DNA from: an uncultured delta proteobacterium
GTDB taxonomy: Bacteria > Desulfobacterota > WTBG01 > CAIYCZ01
NCBI GenBank assembly: GCA_963803975.1
Contig: CAWDOY010000040.1
Location: 1 to 63,259 of the forward strand
Direction of reading: 5' to 3'
DNA length: 63,259 nucleotides
In this document: piece by piece, positions 9,859 to 20,030 of the stretch
How positions within the stretch are numbered: position 1 is the first letter of the stretch
Layout: the number at the start of each line of letters is the position of its first letter
Notes under the pieces: generated by a model
The model's database searches: none
Told to the model about the DNA's origin: nothing
The model's input: only the letters and a program-made list of their open reading frames with translations
Program-made: the position numbers and the translations under genes

Positions 9859-10164
9859 ATGTCAAGGCAGAAGAAGTTGCTGCAGATCTGTTTCCTCTTT
9901 GCATTCATCTATATGATGATGTGCCCGGTGGTTCATGCACTGCATGATCAATATATCGGGGATGCGGTGTTTAATTTTCCTCTGCACTCAATAGTCCAGA
10001 AATATACCGGGGAGTTAAAGTCACATCAGGAAGACCTGATATATACATTTCTGCCTGATTATGCTGTTGGTAAATCCGTTTTATCACAAAACCTGTCCAT
10101 CCTTTTTTTCGCTAACCCTTCAAACAATCTCTCCATCGTCACCACCACCAGACTTAACCTGTGA
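9859..10164 (+). CDS. Small exported protein (leader-like)
   Basis: Signal-like N-terminus (..MMCPVVHA), C-terminus SIVTTTRLNL; conserved in both arms. Confidence 0.6.
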   Translation: MSRQKKLLQICFLFAFIYMMMCPVVHALHDQYIGDAVFNFPLHSIVQKYTGELKSHQEDLIYTFLPDYAVGKSVLSQNLSILFFANPSNNLSIVTTTRLNL

Positions 10165-10338
10165 TGCTGTAAGGACTGAAGCGCTGGTTTCACAGAGCGA
10201 ACGAAGGCCCTTGTGTGCCGCTCCCATGATAACCGCGCATTCAGCCCAGGTTTCAATGCCATAACGGGTTGCACTTCTGTTTCATGCGGGTGTCAATAAA
10301 TATTAATATTTTGAAAAGCAAAAAGCTTTTCTGTAAGA

Positions 10339-11031
10339 ATGGAGGTACCAGTCATGCAGTATTCAATAAAACGTTTAAGTAAAACAATCACCGTGCTGGC
10401 ACTTGGCCTTTTTCTTCTTCTGCCGCTGCCTTCTTTTGCCGCGGACACCGCGACCGGGCAAACCCTGATTATCTATTATTCGCGCACCGGTAAAAGCAGG
10501 CTCATAAGCCAGGTCCTGCAGAAGGAACTTAACGCGCAGGTTCTTGAAATAAAAGACCTGGAGGACCGGTCCGGGACATTAGGGTATGCCGGTGCGGGAT
10601 TTGATGGTTTTTTTGATCGGCACACCACGATTGACCCGACGAAGGCCGACCTCTCCCCGTATTCCAATATCGTCATTGTATCACCCATCTGGAACTGGAA
10701 ACTGAGCACCCCCATCCACACCTTTATTGACAACAACCGGCTTGATGGAAAGACGGTGGTGCTGTTTACCAACGGTAACAATGACGTACGCAAATATGAA
10801 CAGTATGACGATAACGCCCCGTGGATTAAAAGATTTTTCCGCGATTACATACGCGGCAAAAGCAAGGGGAGCAGGGACTATGTTACCAGCACAGCCGGGG
10901 GAAATTATGTCCGGCATTGTAATGTTGACACCCTTGAGGCCTCAGATGACCAAATCATCCAGCGCACGCTCAAACAGGTCGGTGATGTGAAAAGCGCCTT
11001 CTCAATCAAAACGGCAACAGCAAGCCAGTAG
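10339..11031 (+). CDS. Exported flavodoxin-like protein
   Basis: Sec signal (..PSFA-A), IYYSRTGKS FMN loop, SPIWNWKLSTP. Confidence 0.82.
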   Translation: MEVPVMQYSIKRLSKTITVLALGLFLLLPLPSFAADTATGQTLIIYYSRTGKSRLISQVLQKELNAQVLEIKDLEDRSGTLGYAGAGFDGFFDRHTTIDPTKADLSPYSNIVIVSPIWNWKLSTPIHTFIDNNRLDGKTVVLFTNGNNDVRKYEQYDDNAPWIKRFFRDYIRGKSKGSRDYVTSTAGGNYVRHCNVDTLEASDDQIIQRTLKQVGDVKSAFSIKTATASQ

Positions 11032-11092
11032 CGCTATCAGTTTTCATGGGCAACGGTAAAGCGGGAATCATTCAGATAAACGGTTGGCCCTG

Positions 11093-11123
11093 GTGAAGCC
11101 CCGCCCGGCGGGCGGGGCTTCAC
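11093..11123. repeat. 31-bp GC-rich palindrome
   Basis: GTGAAGCCCCGCCCG-G-CGGGCGGGGCTTCAC; copy at 55077-55107. Confidence 0.8.
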
Positions 11124-11202
11124 AGATGTTTTTAAGCACGGGTTCTGCGCCGCAGCCGCACCAGGACAATGCAGGATAACACGCGAAGAAAGGAAAGGAT
11201 AG

Positions 11203-11643
11203 ATGATGGAGTCCAACAATGACACGCACATTATAAAAAGCTTCAAGCGTATCTGCAAGCAGCAGATTGCCATTGACTGTAATAATATGGATCCGGACCT
11301 CAGGATGTCTCAGATAAAAATGCTGTCAGCTTTTAACGGCAGCAGCAGCCTTTCGCTGCAGGAGCTTGCGGACAACAGCGGCGTTACGGTTCCCCGCATG
11401 GCCGCCATGGTAAAGAGACTGATAAAAGACGGCATCATTGCACGGTGCAAAGATGATAAAGACCGCAGGAGATCGGCGGTCAGCCTGACTCCGCAGGGGG
11501 AAAAGCTCCGCAATCAGATTGCCGCAAACCGCCGCAAAGCAGCAAAGGCTCTCTATGCTCACCTGAACAATAAAGACCGGGTGATACTCCTCAATTCACT
11601 CGATACCGCGTGCAAAATCCTTGAAAAAATAACGCGGCGCTGA
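11203..11643 (+). CDS. MarR-family transcriptional regulator
   Basis: LSLQELA..VKRL.KDG.I.R..D.KDRR..VSLTPQG winged helix. Confidence 0.92.
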   Translation: MMESNNDTHIIKSFKRICKQQIAIDCNNMDPDLRMSQIKMLSAFNGSSSLSLQELADNSGVTVPRMAAMVKRLIKDGIIARCKDDKDRRRSAVSLTPQGEKLRNQIAANRRKAAKALYAHLNNKDRVILLNSLDTACKILEKITRR

Positions 11644-11869
11644 AAGCAGCCTGACAGTGCGCGGAAGCCGGACAGTATGCCTGCGCACGGTATGGCGCTG
11701 AGACACGGGAGAGAATAGAGGGAATTGCTGGTGATTACCGTTTGCAATTCCCCGTATAACCGGCGCATGAGACACACGCTGCTGCCAGCAGGCACCGGCA
11801 GATGGAACCCAGCGCTATTCATGGCTCCATTACACGAATTAGAAATCACATACCATAAGGAGGATTATC

Positions 11870-12644
11870 ATGCTACGAGCTCTGACCATTGCTCTCTCCG
11901 GCATCGTCTATTTCATCCTTTCTCTTCTGATTTTTTTGCCATTCCGCATGAAGCCGATCGAAAATTATAACCTCTTTGCCCTTCCCTTTCTGGCTGCGGT
12001 TTTTATGGTTTTATTATATAAGGCCTGTACTGAAATAAAAGAAAGCAAGAGTTATCTCTTTGCCTATTTCGCCGGTATTCTCATGTGGCAGGTTGTGGGT
12101 GAAATTCCTTCCATACGGGTACCTTCCGGCATTATTCTGCAGTTCAGTGATATCAATATAAAATTGCTCGGCGGATACTTTTATGTGCTGGCGTCCTGGG
12201 TTCTGCTGTACCTTCTGTGGGTAACGAAATCAATAAAAGAACAGGCAGCATTTGCTTTTATGATTTTTCTGGGGATCTGGACCTTTGAAATCTATATGGA
12301 TAACTACTCATCGAAAGTGCCGCTGGATATGATGCCGGCAATCGCTAATATAATCATGGTTGCAGCGCTGATCGTCAGCAGCTTCATTCTCTACCTTGCC
12401 GAGAAATGCGGCCACCATCGTGCGTAAAACAGTTCTGGGAGGGCTTTTATATATAACCCTTTCCATTATAATCATGGCGTCAGGCCAGTGGAAAAAACCC
12501 CAGAGTTTTTATTTAAAATATGAGGGGGCTGCCATAGAGCATGAGATAAAAGTGCTGAAAGGGGAGTTGGAGTATATTAATTATTTAAAAAAACAGATGG
12601 GTATGGTAGAAGAAGGGACATCACCTGATGCACCCGATAAATAA
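11870..12644 (+). CDS. Hypothetical polytopic membrane protein; +1 frameshift near 12400 (intact in the right arm)
   Basis: ORFs 11870..12427 and 12396..12644 together equal the 257-aa ORF at 53556..54329. Confidence 0.8.
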
Positions 12645-12672
12645 TAAAAGCTGGGAGAGGAGTTAAACGTTT

Positions 12673-14490
12673 ATGGACAGAGTTGACGTAGCACGAAAAG
12701 ACTATGACCCGAAGGTATCACGCATTCCTGAGCTGATCGGCACACATCCCGGAACCATTGCGCCGCTGGTAATCTGGAAGCCCAATCCCATGCAGCTGGT
12801 CAAGCCGGCAAGCGGGTCACGCGTGAGCGGAAAAATAGAGGTGGAGCTGAAAATACGGGAGGGGAATGAAGAGCTGGAAAAAAACCTGAAAAAAATCGTC
12901 CTCACCATCGACGGCCAGCGTTTTGAGTTTGACAAGCCGCAGTGCCGGATTGAGTTTGATACCTCGCGCGCGCAGTACCGCCTGATAAAAATCAAGGCAG
13001 AGGCAATCGGCAGCAGTGAAGAGGAGAGCGAGGCGGTCCTTGCGTCCTATTACACGTACGTGATTGCTGAAAACGGTGTCTTTGATAAAACCAAACCCCT
13101 GCTTCTTTTCAGCGGTGTTATCGAGCCGAAGATAGATAATACACGGGGGACATGGACCCCGGAGATGTACGATGCTGCATTCAGGTTTTCAGAGAATATC
13201 ATGAGCCATTTAATGCACTATGGGTTCGTGCCTGATTTTCTGAAGGAGGTCGACATGTTTACCGCGCTTATTGACCCCACCCAGCTTGATAAAGGGCTGG
13301 AAGAATACACGCCGGCGAAGCTCGTGAATATCCTCGGGCAAGAGTCCGGCCCGGGCTGCGATGGACAAACCTACACGGACATGATCGGTGCAACGCAGTG
13401 GATGGAAAAGACCAAGACCAAGCTCGGCACGATACTGCGGGGGTACCATATCCCGGAGGCCGGCCTGTCGAACGACATAGCTGATATTTTTGAAGTGTTT
13501 ACCGCCCACGTTATCAGCAATTATTATAAATTTGCCCCGGTCGGCGGCATGCGGGGATGGGACCAGACACAGATGCTGTTTAACGACGTTATCGAGGACC
13601 TCCGGAAAAACGGCTTCAAGGGGCCATGGGATGTATACTCTCTTATCATCGGAAAGAAGCCGGTCTATCTCGTCGAGAAGATCAAACGGCACATCAAAGA
13701 AAATAATATCAGCGGTGTCGTGCTCTATGACTATATTCCCGATCTTTCGGATTTTGAAGACACCAAGGGCATGTGGGAAGAGGTGCAGCACGCTATCGAT
13801 ATTGTGGAGAAGGAGACCGGTAAGAGGCTGCCGCTGTCCATCGTCAACACCACGGAGGGCGAGCTCCTGGGTGTGCAGCCTGACTTTGCCGAGGCTGCCT
13901 TCAGAATTACCCGCAATGAGATCGCGACCTGCGGCATCGCTGACGATTTAAAAGTGGGGTTCATCCTGGGCGAGCACGGGTTTCCTCCCGGAAACGGCGA
14001 AGATGATGTTATTGATGTGAACATGAGAAGAGTGCGGCAGAATATCCGCAGGGTTTTCGACCGTGAGCTGCCGAAGCTGAGAAAAGGGGTTACTGAATAC
14101 GCCCTCGGGATGAATGAATTTAACAACCACCCTGATTCACCGCAGATGTCCTCCATGGAACGGATGGTCGATTACCTGCACCGGGGCTTTGACGTGATCA
14201 TCTTCCAGCCGTACTATTTCACCAATGAAACCATTGATCTTTTTGAACATCTGCGGCACTGGGCCTTTGAGCTTGACGGCCTTGATTATCACCATGAATT
14301 CCACGGCGGCCATGAGATAGCGCAGAACTACCGGAGCGATTTTAATTTCCGGGGCGCGCGCATTATTATTACCGGATCGCTCATGGGGCGGTATGAGAAG
14401 AACGGTAACGAGCCCCTGGTGAAGGAAGCGTACATGCTTTTCAAGGGCAGCATTGTTGATACCATAGCACGGAAAATAGCTGCGCTGTAA
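12673..14490 (+). CDS. 605-aa protein: N-terminal Ig-like domain plus ferrochelatase (class II chelatase)-like domain
   Basis: Ig-like KPASGSRVSGKIEV..LTIDG..FDTS; ILGEHGFP resembles HemH FSAHGLP; IFQPYYFTNETIDL resembles VPIGFVSDHIETL; His-rich HHEFHGGH. The ORF is certain; the function is inferred. Confidence 0.6.
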   Translation: MDRVDVARKDYDPKVSRIPELIGTHPGTIAPLVIWKPNPMQLVKPASGSRVSGKIEVELKIREGNEELEKNLKKIVLTIDGQRFEFDKPQCRIEFDTSRAQYRLIKIKAEAIGSSEEESEAVLASYYTYVIAENGVFDKTKPLLLFSGVIEPKIDNTRGTWTPEMYDAAFRFSENIMSHLMHYGFVPDFLKEVDMFTALIDPTQLDKGLEEYTPAKLVNILGQESGPGCDGQTYTDMIGATQWMEKTKTKLGTILRGYHIPEAGLSNDIADIFEVFTAHVISNYYKFAPVGGMRGWDQTQMLFNDVIEDLRKNGFKGPWDVYSLIIGKKPVYLVEKIKRHIKENNISGVVLYDYIPDLSDFEDTKGMWEEVQHAIDIVEKETGKRLPLSIVNTTEGELLGVQPDFAEAAFRITRNEIATCGIADDLKVGFILGEHGFPPGNGEDDVIDVNMRRVRQNIRRVFDRELPKLRKGVTEYALGMNEFNNHPDSPQMSSMERMVDYLHRGFDVIIFQPYYFTNETIDLFEHLRHWAFELDGLDYHHEFHGGHEIAQNYRSDFNFRGARIIITGSLMGRYEKNGNEPLVKEAYMLFKGSIVDTIARKIAAL

Positions 14491-14688
14491 AGCGCAATGG
14501 CCGACTTGCGATAGCGCTGGCCCGGCTTTTCATACCATCTGCGGCGCACAGGAGTTTCCTCCTCTTATTCCCTGTCTCCTTCCTATGAGCTGCGGATGTT
14601 TTTATTTCTGGCAACTAAGTGAAGGTCATATTGAGATGGTCAGGGAACTGCTGCAGCGCTGCGACGATATAAAGGAGCTATTGGTTCC

Positions 14689-15015
14689 ATGTTCATTGAG
14701 GTAACAACCGGAAATGCTGAAGATAAAAAAAACTATATGCGCAAGCTGCTCCGCACTTTCATTGAAACAAAAATGAAAACATATAGTGAGCTTGAGGCAC
14801 AGAGCGCGGACCATGCTGCTGCAAAAACAAAATACCTGGCAAGCCTGTGGATGGTTTTTTCTGTTACCGGGATCATGCAGCAGGAAGAGATATCACAGCT
14901 ATCAGGCATTGCACGCGGCCTTCTTCAGGGCTGGGAAAGCGATAAAGAATTTAACGCATCAGTGGAGTGCAACTATAAGGATTTCTTAATCTACATCGTA
15001 AATCTGTTTGCCTGA
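14689..15015 (+). CDS. Hypothetical protein
   Basis: AAGGAG RBS; 108 aa, conserved in both arms. Confidence 0.65.
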   Translation: MFIEVTTGNAEDKKNYMRKLLRTFIETKMKTYSELEAQSADHAAAKTKYLASLWMVFSVTGIMQQEEISQLSGIARGLLQGWESDKEFNASVECNYKDFLIYIVNLFA

Positions 15016-15078
15016 AATGTAAAAATTTAGATTTGAACTGGGGAAATAAGATTTTGATCGTATCAGACAATTGCATCT

Positions 15079-15253
15079 GACTTGGCGACGCTTCACGCCC
15101 ATAGTAGATGCCTATATCCCGCGCCTCCGGATATGCCATAAGTTCCCGGAGGTACGATTTTTCGCCACAACTCAAGGCAAGAGCCGTATGCGGTAGTTCC
15201 GCACGTACGGATCTGTACGGGGGGTGCTGGGTAACCGGTATTCCTACCGTGAC
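15079..15253 (+). mobile_element. 5'-truncated group II intron remnant (end of RT/maturase ORF, domain V, domain VI)
   Basis: TWRRFTPIVDAYIPRLRICHKFPEVRFFATTQGKSRMR*; DV GAGCCGTATGCGGTAGTTCCGCACGTACGGATC at 15181; DVI ending CTACCGTGAC. Confidence 0.9.
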
Positions 15254-15280
15254 TGATAAAAAATGTACCAACCCTTTTGT

Positions 15281-15685
15281 TTATGCTTTATCTGGAGATA
15301 AAATTACTTTTTGAGCTTTTTTGCGGTAATATATCTGAGCCACAGCAGTTCCGGCTAAAACCCCTGCTGAATCTGCCATAAAATCAAGCCAGTCACACTC
15401 ACGGTTCGGGATAACGAGCTGATGCAGTTCATCAAGCCCTGCGTAAATGATTCCAATCAGCAGACAGATCAAGAAGGCACGTGACAAGGTCTTTCCCGAA
15501 TAACTGTGCAAATACCTGAAGAGAAGCATGCTGAAAACAAAGAATTCAGCACCGTGAGCCACTTTGTCCCACTCCCAGAATGAAGCAACGTTCGGGATGG
15601 CGTCGCCTGGCAATGAGCTGCCAATGATCATCAGACCGGTCCACACAAACAGCGGCAATTTTATTGTTTTCCAGATGCGTTCCAT
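15281..15685 (-). CDS. VanZ-family membrane protein
   Basis: DKVAHGAEF, YAGLDELHQ..IPNR, DFMAD..G. Confidence 0.9.
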   Translation of the reverse strand: MERIWKTIKLPLFVWTGLMIIGSSLPGDAIPNVASFWEWDKVAHGAEFFVFSMLLFRYLHSYSGKTLSRAFLICLLIGIIYAGLDELHQLVIPNRECDWLDFMADSAGVLAGTAVAQIYYRKKAQKVILSPDKA

Positions 15686-15875
15686 AGGGTGCTGTCCCGT
15701 TAATGGTTTAGTGCAAGACTATATGCAGATGAAGCGAGTGTGTCAAATAATCAGGTATTCATACGAACTGATTGATTTCATTTTTTTTGCTATGTATGAA
15801 AAAATAGGGGTCTACATTCTTCACTGAACGATGAACGATTAACCCAAAACGGGCGATAGTTTCCGGAAAATCCTT

Positions 15876-17789
15876 TCAAACTTTTTCTACGCAGCCCGGC
15901 ACCGCAAAATCCTCTTCGCAGACATCGGGTTTCTGGTCCTGCATGCTGTAGAGCCGAGCGTAGAAACCGTCAGGTATGACCATCAAATCCTCGTGGGTGC
16001 CACTTTCGATAATCCGGTGATTATGAAGCACCAATACCTTATCTGCATTTTTGATAGTAGACAGACGGTGCGCGATCAGGAAACTGGTCCGGCCTTTCAT
16101 AAGACGAATAAGGCCTTCCTGTATATGCACTTCCGTAAGACTATCGACACTGGATGTCGCTTCGTCCAGGATCAGGATGCGCGGGTCGGCCAGGATGGCA
16201 CGCGCAATGCCCAGGAGCTGGCGTTCGCCCTGTGACAGGTTGCTGCCTCGCTCGGTCAACACGGTGTCATAACCGTCGGGAAGACGCGATATGAAATAGT
16301 GCGCATTAGCTGTTTTTGCCGCGGAAATCATCTGCTCATCGGTGGCGTCATGCCGGGCATAGAGCAGGTTTTCGCGGATGGTCGTGGCAAAAAAGAAGGG
16401 CTCCTGAAGAACCACCCCCATGCTGGTGCGCAAATCATCAACCTTGACATCGCGGATGTCGTTTCCATCTACCGTGATGGTGCCGCTGACCGCGTCATAA
16501 AAACGGGACAGCAGGTTGATGATGGTGGTCTTTCCCGCACCGGTTGGACCAACGATGGCGATCACCTGGCCTGGATGTGTTTCGAAATCGATGCCTTCCA
16601 GAACCGGTTTCCCCGCTGCGTAGGAAAAGTGCACATCCTTGAAGACCACATGACCGCGAACGTCCGTCAAAAGAAGCGGTCGCGGGTTTTCGTTGACTTC
16701 AGGTTTGGTGTCCCAGAGTTCGAATATGCGTTCCACCCCGGCCATGGCCGACTGCAGGACGTTGTAGACCTGGGTTATCTGGCGCAGGGGTTCAAAGAAG
16801 CGCTGCGAATAGAGGATAAAAGCCGTCAGCAACCCCACGGAGACACCCGCCGCAGCGCCCCCCAAAGCCAACCAACCGCCGACACCCACGATGAGTCCCA
16901 GGGTAAGCGAGGTCATGCCGTTCATGATCGGCATGAAAGCGTAGGATATCAGTTCAGCCTCAACACCGGCATCACGGGACGAGGCATTGAGTACTTCGAA
17001 CTTGTGGAACTCGGCTTCTTCCCGGTGGAAGGCCTTGATTACCTTCACACCCGAAACCGATTCTTCGATGCTGCCTGAAAGTCGGCCGACCCATTCCTGG
17101 TTCCGTTTGAAAGCACCACGGATCCGTTTTCCGATAAAACCGATCACGAACGCCATAATGGGTACTACGGTCAGCACCACCAGGGACAGGGGTACTGACA
17201 ACAGGAACATGGCGACGAGGACCCCGATCATGGAGAAACTGCCGGAAAACAGGCTTTGTACGCCGTTCATCATGGCATTGAAAATCATTTCCGTGTCGTT
17301 TGTCATGCGGGAGATGATGTCACCGATACCACGCTTGTCGAAGGTCCCCATGGAAAGGGATTGTACATGCGCAAAAGACTTGCTGCGGATACGCGTGACG
17401 ATTGACATGGAAACAACGTTCATGATGAAACCTGCCAGCACGTCCACAACCCAGGCGACGAGGTAGATCACCAGAATGATCACCATCTGGTTGACAAAGT
17501 GCGGCAGGTTATGACCCAGCTCCAGGTCGTTTTTTATAGCGCCGCCAATCAATGCAGGCGCGATCGTTTTCAGCACAACACTGACCAGAATGGCCAGGGC
17601 TGCACCGATCAAACGCCACATCTGGTCTTTGAACATGGATAAAAGACGCTTTAACGCTCCCTTGAAATCCTGGGCTGCCTCAATCCTCATGCTGCCATGA
17701 CCAATTGGCCCGCCACCGCCCCGGGAACGCTTACTGGACACTGGCGAACCGGATTGCGGTCTTGCTGAAGTAGTTTGATGGTCACTCAT
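15876..17789 (-). CDS. Heterodimeric ABC exporter, permease/ATPase subunit 2
   Basis: TMD plus GPTGAGKTT, LSQGERQ, ILDEATS, IAHRLST. Confidence 0.95.
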   Translation of the reverse strand: MSDHQTTSARPQSGSPVSSKRSRGGGGPIGHGSMRIEAAQDFKGALKRLLSMFKDQMWRLIGAALAILVSVVLKTIAPALIGGAIKNDLELGHNLPHFVNQMVIILVIYLVAWVVDVLAGFIMNVVSMSIVTRIRSKSFAHVQSLSMGTFDKRGIGDIISRMTNDTEMIFNAMMNGVQSLFSGSFSMIGVLVAMFLLSVPLSLVVLTVVPIMAFVIGFIGKRIRGAFKRNQEWVGRLSGSIEESVSGVKVIKAFHREEAEFHKFEVLNASSRDAGVEAELISYAFMPIMNGMTSLTLGLIVGVGGWLALGGAAAGVSVGLLTAFILYSQRFFEPLRQITQVYNVLQSAMAGVERIFELWDTKPEVNENPRPLLLTDVRGHVVFKDVHFSYAAGKPVLEGIDFETHPGQVIAIVGPTGAGKTTIINLLSRFYDAVSGTITVDGNDIRDVKVDDLRTSMGVVLQEPFFFATTIRENLLYARHDATDEQMISAAKTANAHYFISRLPDGYDTVLTERGSNLSQGERQLLGIARAILADPRILILDEATSSVDSLTEVHIQEGLIRLMKGRTSFLIAHRLSTIKNADKVLVLHNHRIIESGTHEDLMVIPDGFYARLYSMQDQKPDVCEEDFAVPGCVEKV

Positions 17790-19555
17790 ACCCGGCCTCC
17801 CGAGCGTGCCACAACCTGGGTTTCGCAGATCCTGCGGTAGGTGTCGTTTATTTCCACCAGTTCGTCGTGGGTACCAACCCCGATGATGTGTCCGTCTTCC
17901 ATCACCATGATACGGTCTGCGTCGCGGATGGTATTGATTTTTTGACTGATGATGATGGCCGTGCGATCGTAGAACTCTTCATACAGGGAGCTAACGATGG
18001 TGCGTTCTGTCGTTGCATCCAGCGACGAAGTGACGTCGTCCAAAATGATGATGTCCGGCCTGGCAGCAACCGCACGGGCAATCGCAATACGCTGCCGCTG
18101 CCCACCCGACAGACCGGCACCGCGTTCACCGATGTTTTCGTCCCAGGCGGCAGGCTTTTCGTTGATGAAATCGAGGGCACAGGAAAGCCCGGCGGCATGT
18201 TCCAGCTCTGCCTGGCTTGCGTCCGGCGCACCAAAAGCGACGTTCTCGCGCAGGGTACCCGTAAAAAGCACGGTTTCCTGCAGGACCATGGCAATACGGC
18301 TGCGCAACGTCTTGAAGGAGAGATCCTTTACATCGATCCCATCGATCAATACCTGGCCGTCTTCGGCATCATAAAACCGGGAGATCAGGTTCACCAGGCT
18401 CGTTTTGCCCGAACCGGTTGTTCCGATGATACCTACTTTTTCACCAGCGCGGATTGAGAAGGAAATACCGTCCAGCGCTTTCTCACCTGAGCCATAACGG
18501 AAGGATACATTGCGAAACTCGATTGATCCCTGCAGACAGGACAAATCGCGGGCATCCGCTTTTTCTTCGATTTCCGGCTTTTCGGACAGTACGCCATCCA
18601 GCCGCACGGCGGAAGCGATGGCCATGGAAATGAAATTGAGGACCAAACCCAGCATGAGCAGGGGAAACATCGCCATGGCTGCATAATTGTTGAAAGCCAC
18701 GAGTTTACCCAGGGTGAGCCCGCCTGAAGCAGCAGCCGCCGCGTCTGACAGCTGACCCAGCAGGGTAGTACCACCGGCCCACAACGCCACCAGCGCCGCG
18801 AAATTGCCGATCAGGAAAAAGAGTGGAAAGAAAATTGACAGCTTCCAGCCCACCTCGATTGAAATATCGTAGTTGGCCTTGTTACGCTCCTCGAATTTAC
18901 GGATTTCTTCTTCCTGCCGTGCGAAAGCCCGCACCACTTTGGCACCCGCCAGATTCTCCTGCATGGTATTATTCATGTCGTCCAGTGCTTTGCGGGCTTT
19001 CATGAACAGCGGCCGGATAAACGTTGCCGCAAAAGCAAACACCACCAGGGTCAAGGGCATGATGATGGCCATGATGCTCGCCAGCCCCACATCAGTCATG
19101 AACATGGCAATCAGGGTCCCAATGATCATCAAAATAGATTGAACGATCAGGAACGATCCCATGCGAACGAACATGCGCACGGTGTTCACATCCGAATTCA
19201 GGCGTACCATCAACTCGCCGGTACGCCATTTGTCCAGGTTGGCGAATGAAAAGCCCATGACTTTCCGGTATAGCGCATTGCGCAATTCGTAACCAAAACC
19301 CTGCGAGGACTTGATGAGGGCGAATCCTGAGAGCAGGTTGATTCCCGCCGCAAGCAGCGCTGACAGGATGATTCCACCCGCCCCGATAAGTACAAACGTC
19401 AGGGAACCGACCTTGATACCCTTGTCGATGGCCAGCTCGATCAAACGTGGCTGCACCAGACCGAGGCCAGTAGACACAATCAGCAGTACAAACGACACGA
19501 CAATAGCCCCCGCGTAGTTCCGCAGGAAGCGCATCAGCTTCATTAACGCATTCAT
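17786..19555 (-). CDS. Heterodimeric ABC exporter, permease/ATPase subunit 1 (degenerate site)
   Basis: GTTGSGKT, LSGGQRQR, ILDD (Asp for catalytic Glu), ISQK (Gln for switch His); TM287/288-like pair with 4-nt overlap. Confidence 0.95.
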   Translation of the reverse strand: MNALMKLMRFLRNYAGAIVVSFVLLIVSTGLGLVQPRLIELAIDKGIKVGSLTFVLIGAGGIILSALLAAGINLLSGFALIKSSQGFGYELRNALYRKVMGFSFANLDKWRTGELMVRLNSDVNTVRMFVRMGSFLIVQSILMIIGTLIAMFMTDVGLASIMAIIMPLTLVVFAFAATFIRPLFMKARKALDDMNNTMQENLAGAKVVRAFARQEEEIRKFEERNKANYDISIEVGWKLSIFFPLFFLIGNFAALVALWAGGTTLLGQLSDAAAAASGGLTLGKLVAFNNYAAMAMFPLLMLGLVLNFISMAIASAVRLDGVLSEKPEIEEKADARDLSCLQGSIEFRNVSFRYGSGEKALDGISFSIRAGEKVGIIGTTGSGKTSLVNLISRFYDAEDGQVLIDGIDVKDLSFKTLRSRIAMVLQETVLFTGTLRENVAFGAPDASQAELEHAAGLSCALDFINEKPAAWDENIGERGAGLSGGQRQRIAIARAVAARPDIIILDDVTSSLDATTERTIVSSLYEEFYDRTAIIISQKINTIRDADRIMVMEDGHIIGVGTHDELVEINDTYRRICETQVVARSGGRV

Positions 19556-20030
19556 GGTTTAATAATACGAAGTTTCCTGGTTGTCGGACAAAAAGAAATT
19601 GGGGTCAGGCTTAACAAAGTTTTTTTGGATTCCGCCTTAAGAGTTTGTTTCTGCAATGAACCAGCTTTTGTGCCAGCAGTTAACCATATCCCCTGCACTT
19701 CTCTCGCCAGCAAGGAGGCCACTGCCCGTGCCTCAGGTCGAATTGGCTGCTTGCCGCCTCCCCCAATTCATCGGGCACTATACCATAATGTTTGCTTGCC
19801 AGCGCTATAATTGCTTCTGTTGTTAATTTAGCATCTCCTCCGTCTAATCAGCCTATCTTCCATATTGCTATAGTTGTATACATGTTATATTATAGTTATT
19901 GTTTTCTGAAAAGGGCCGTTCCAGCACTGCGTGCAGCTGTTGACTTGCAGAGGTGTCCTGTTAGTCTGCTGCTTACTCTTTGCAAGGAAAGAGAATTGCC
20001 GAGGTTTTATAAAATTTATTGGAGAGAGCC

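Noticed and set aside
15993..19517. Long + strand ORFs opposite the ABC genes (and similar shadow ORFs opposite typA, aor, NCS2, trpB2)
   Set aside because: Antisense shadows of GC-rich coding sequence with no motifs or RBS
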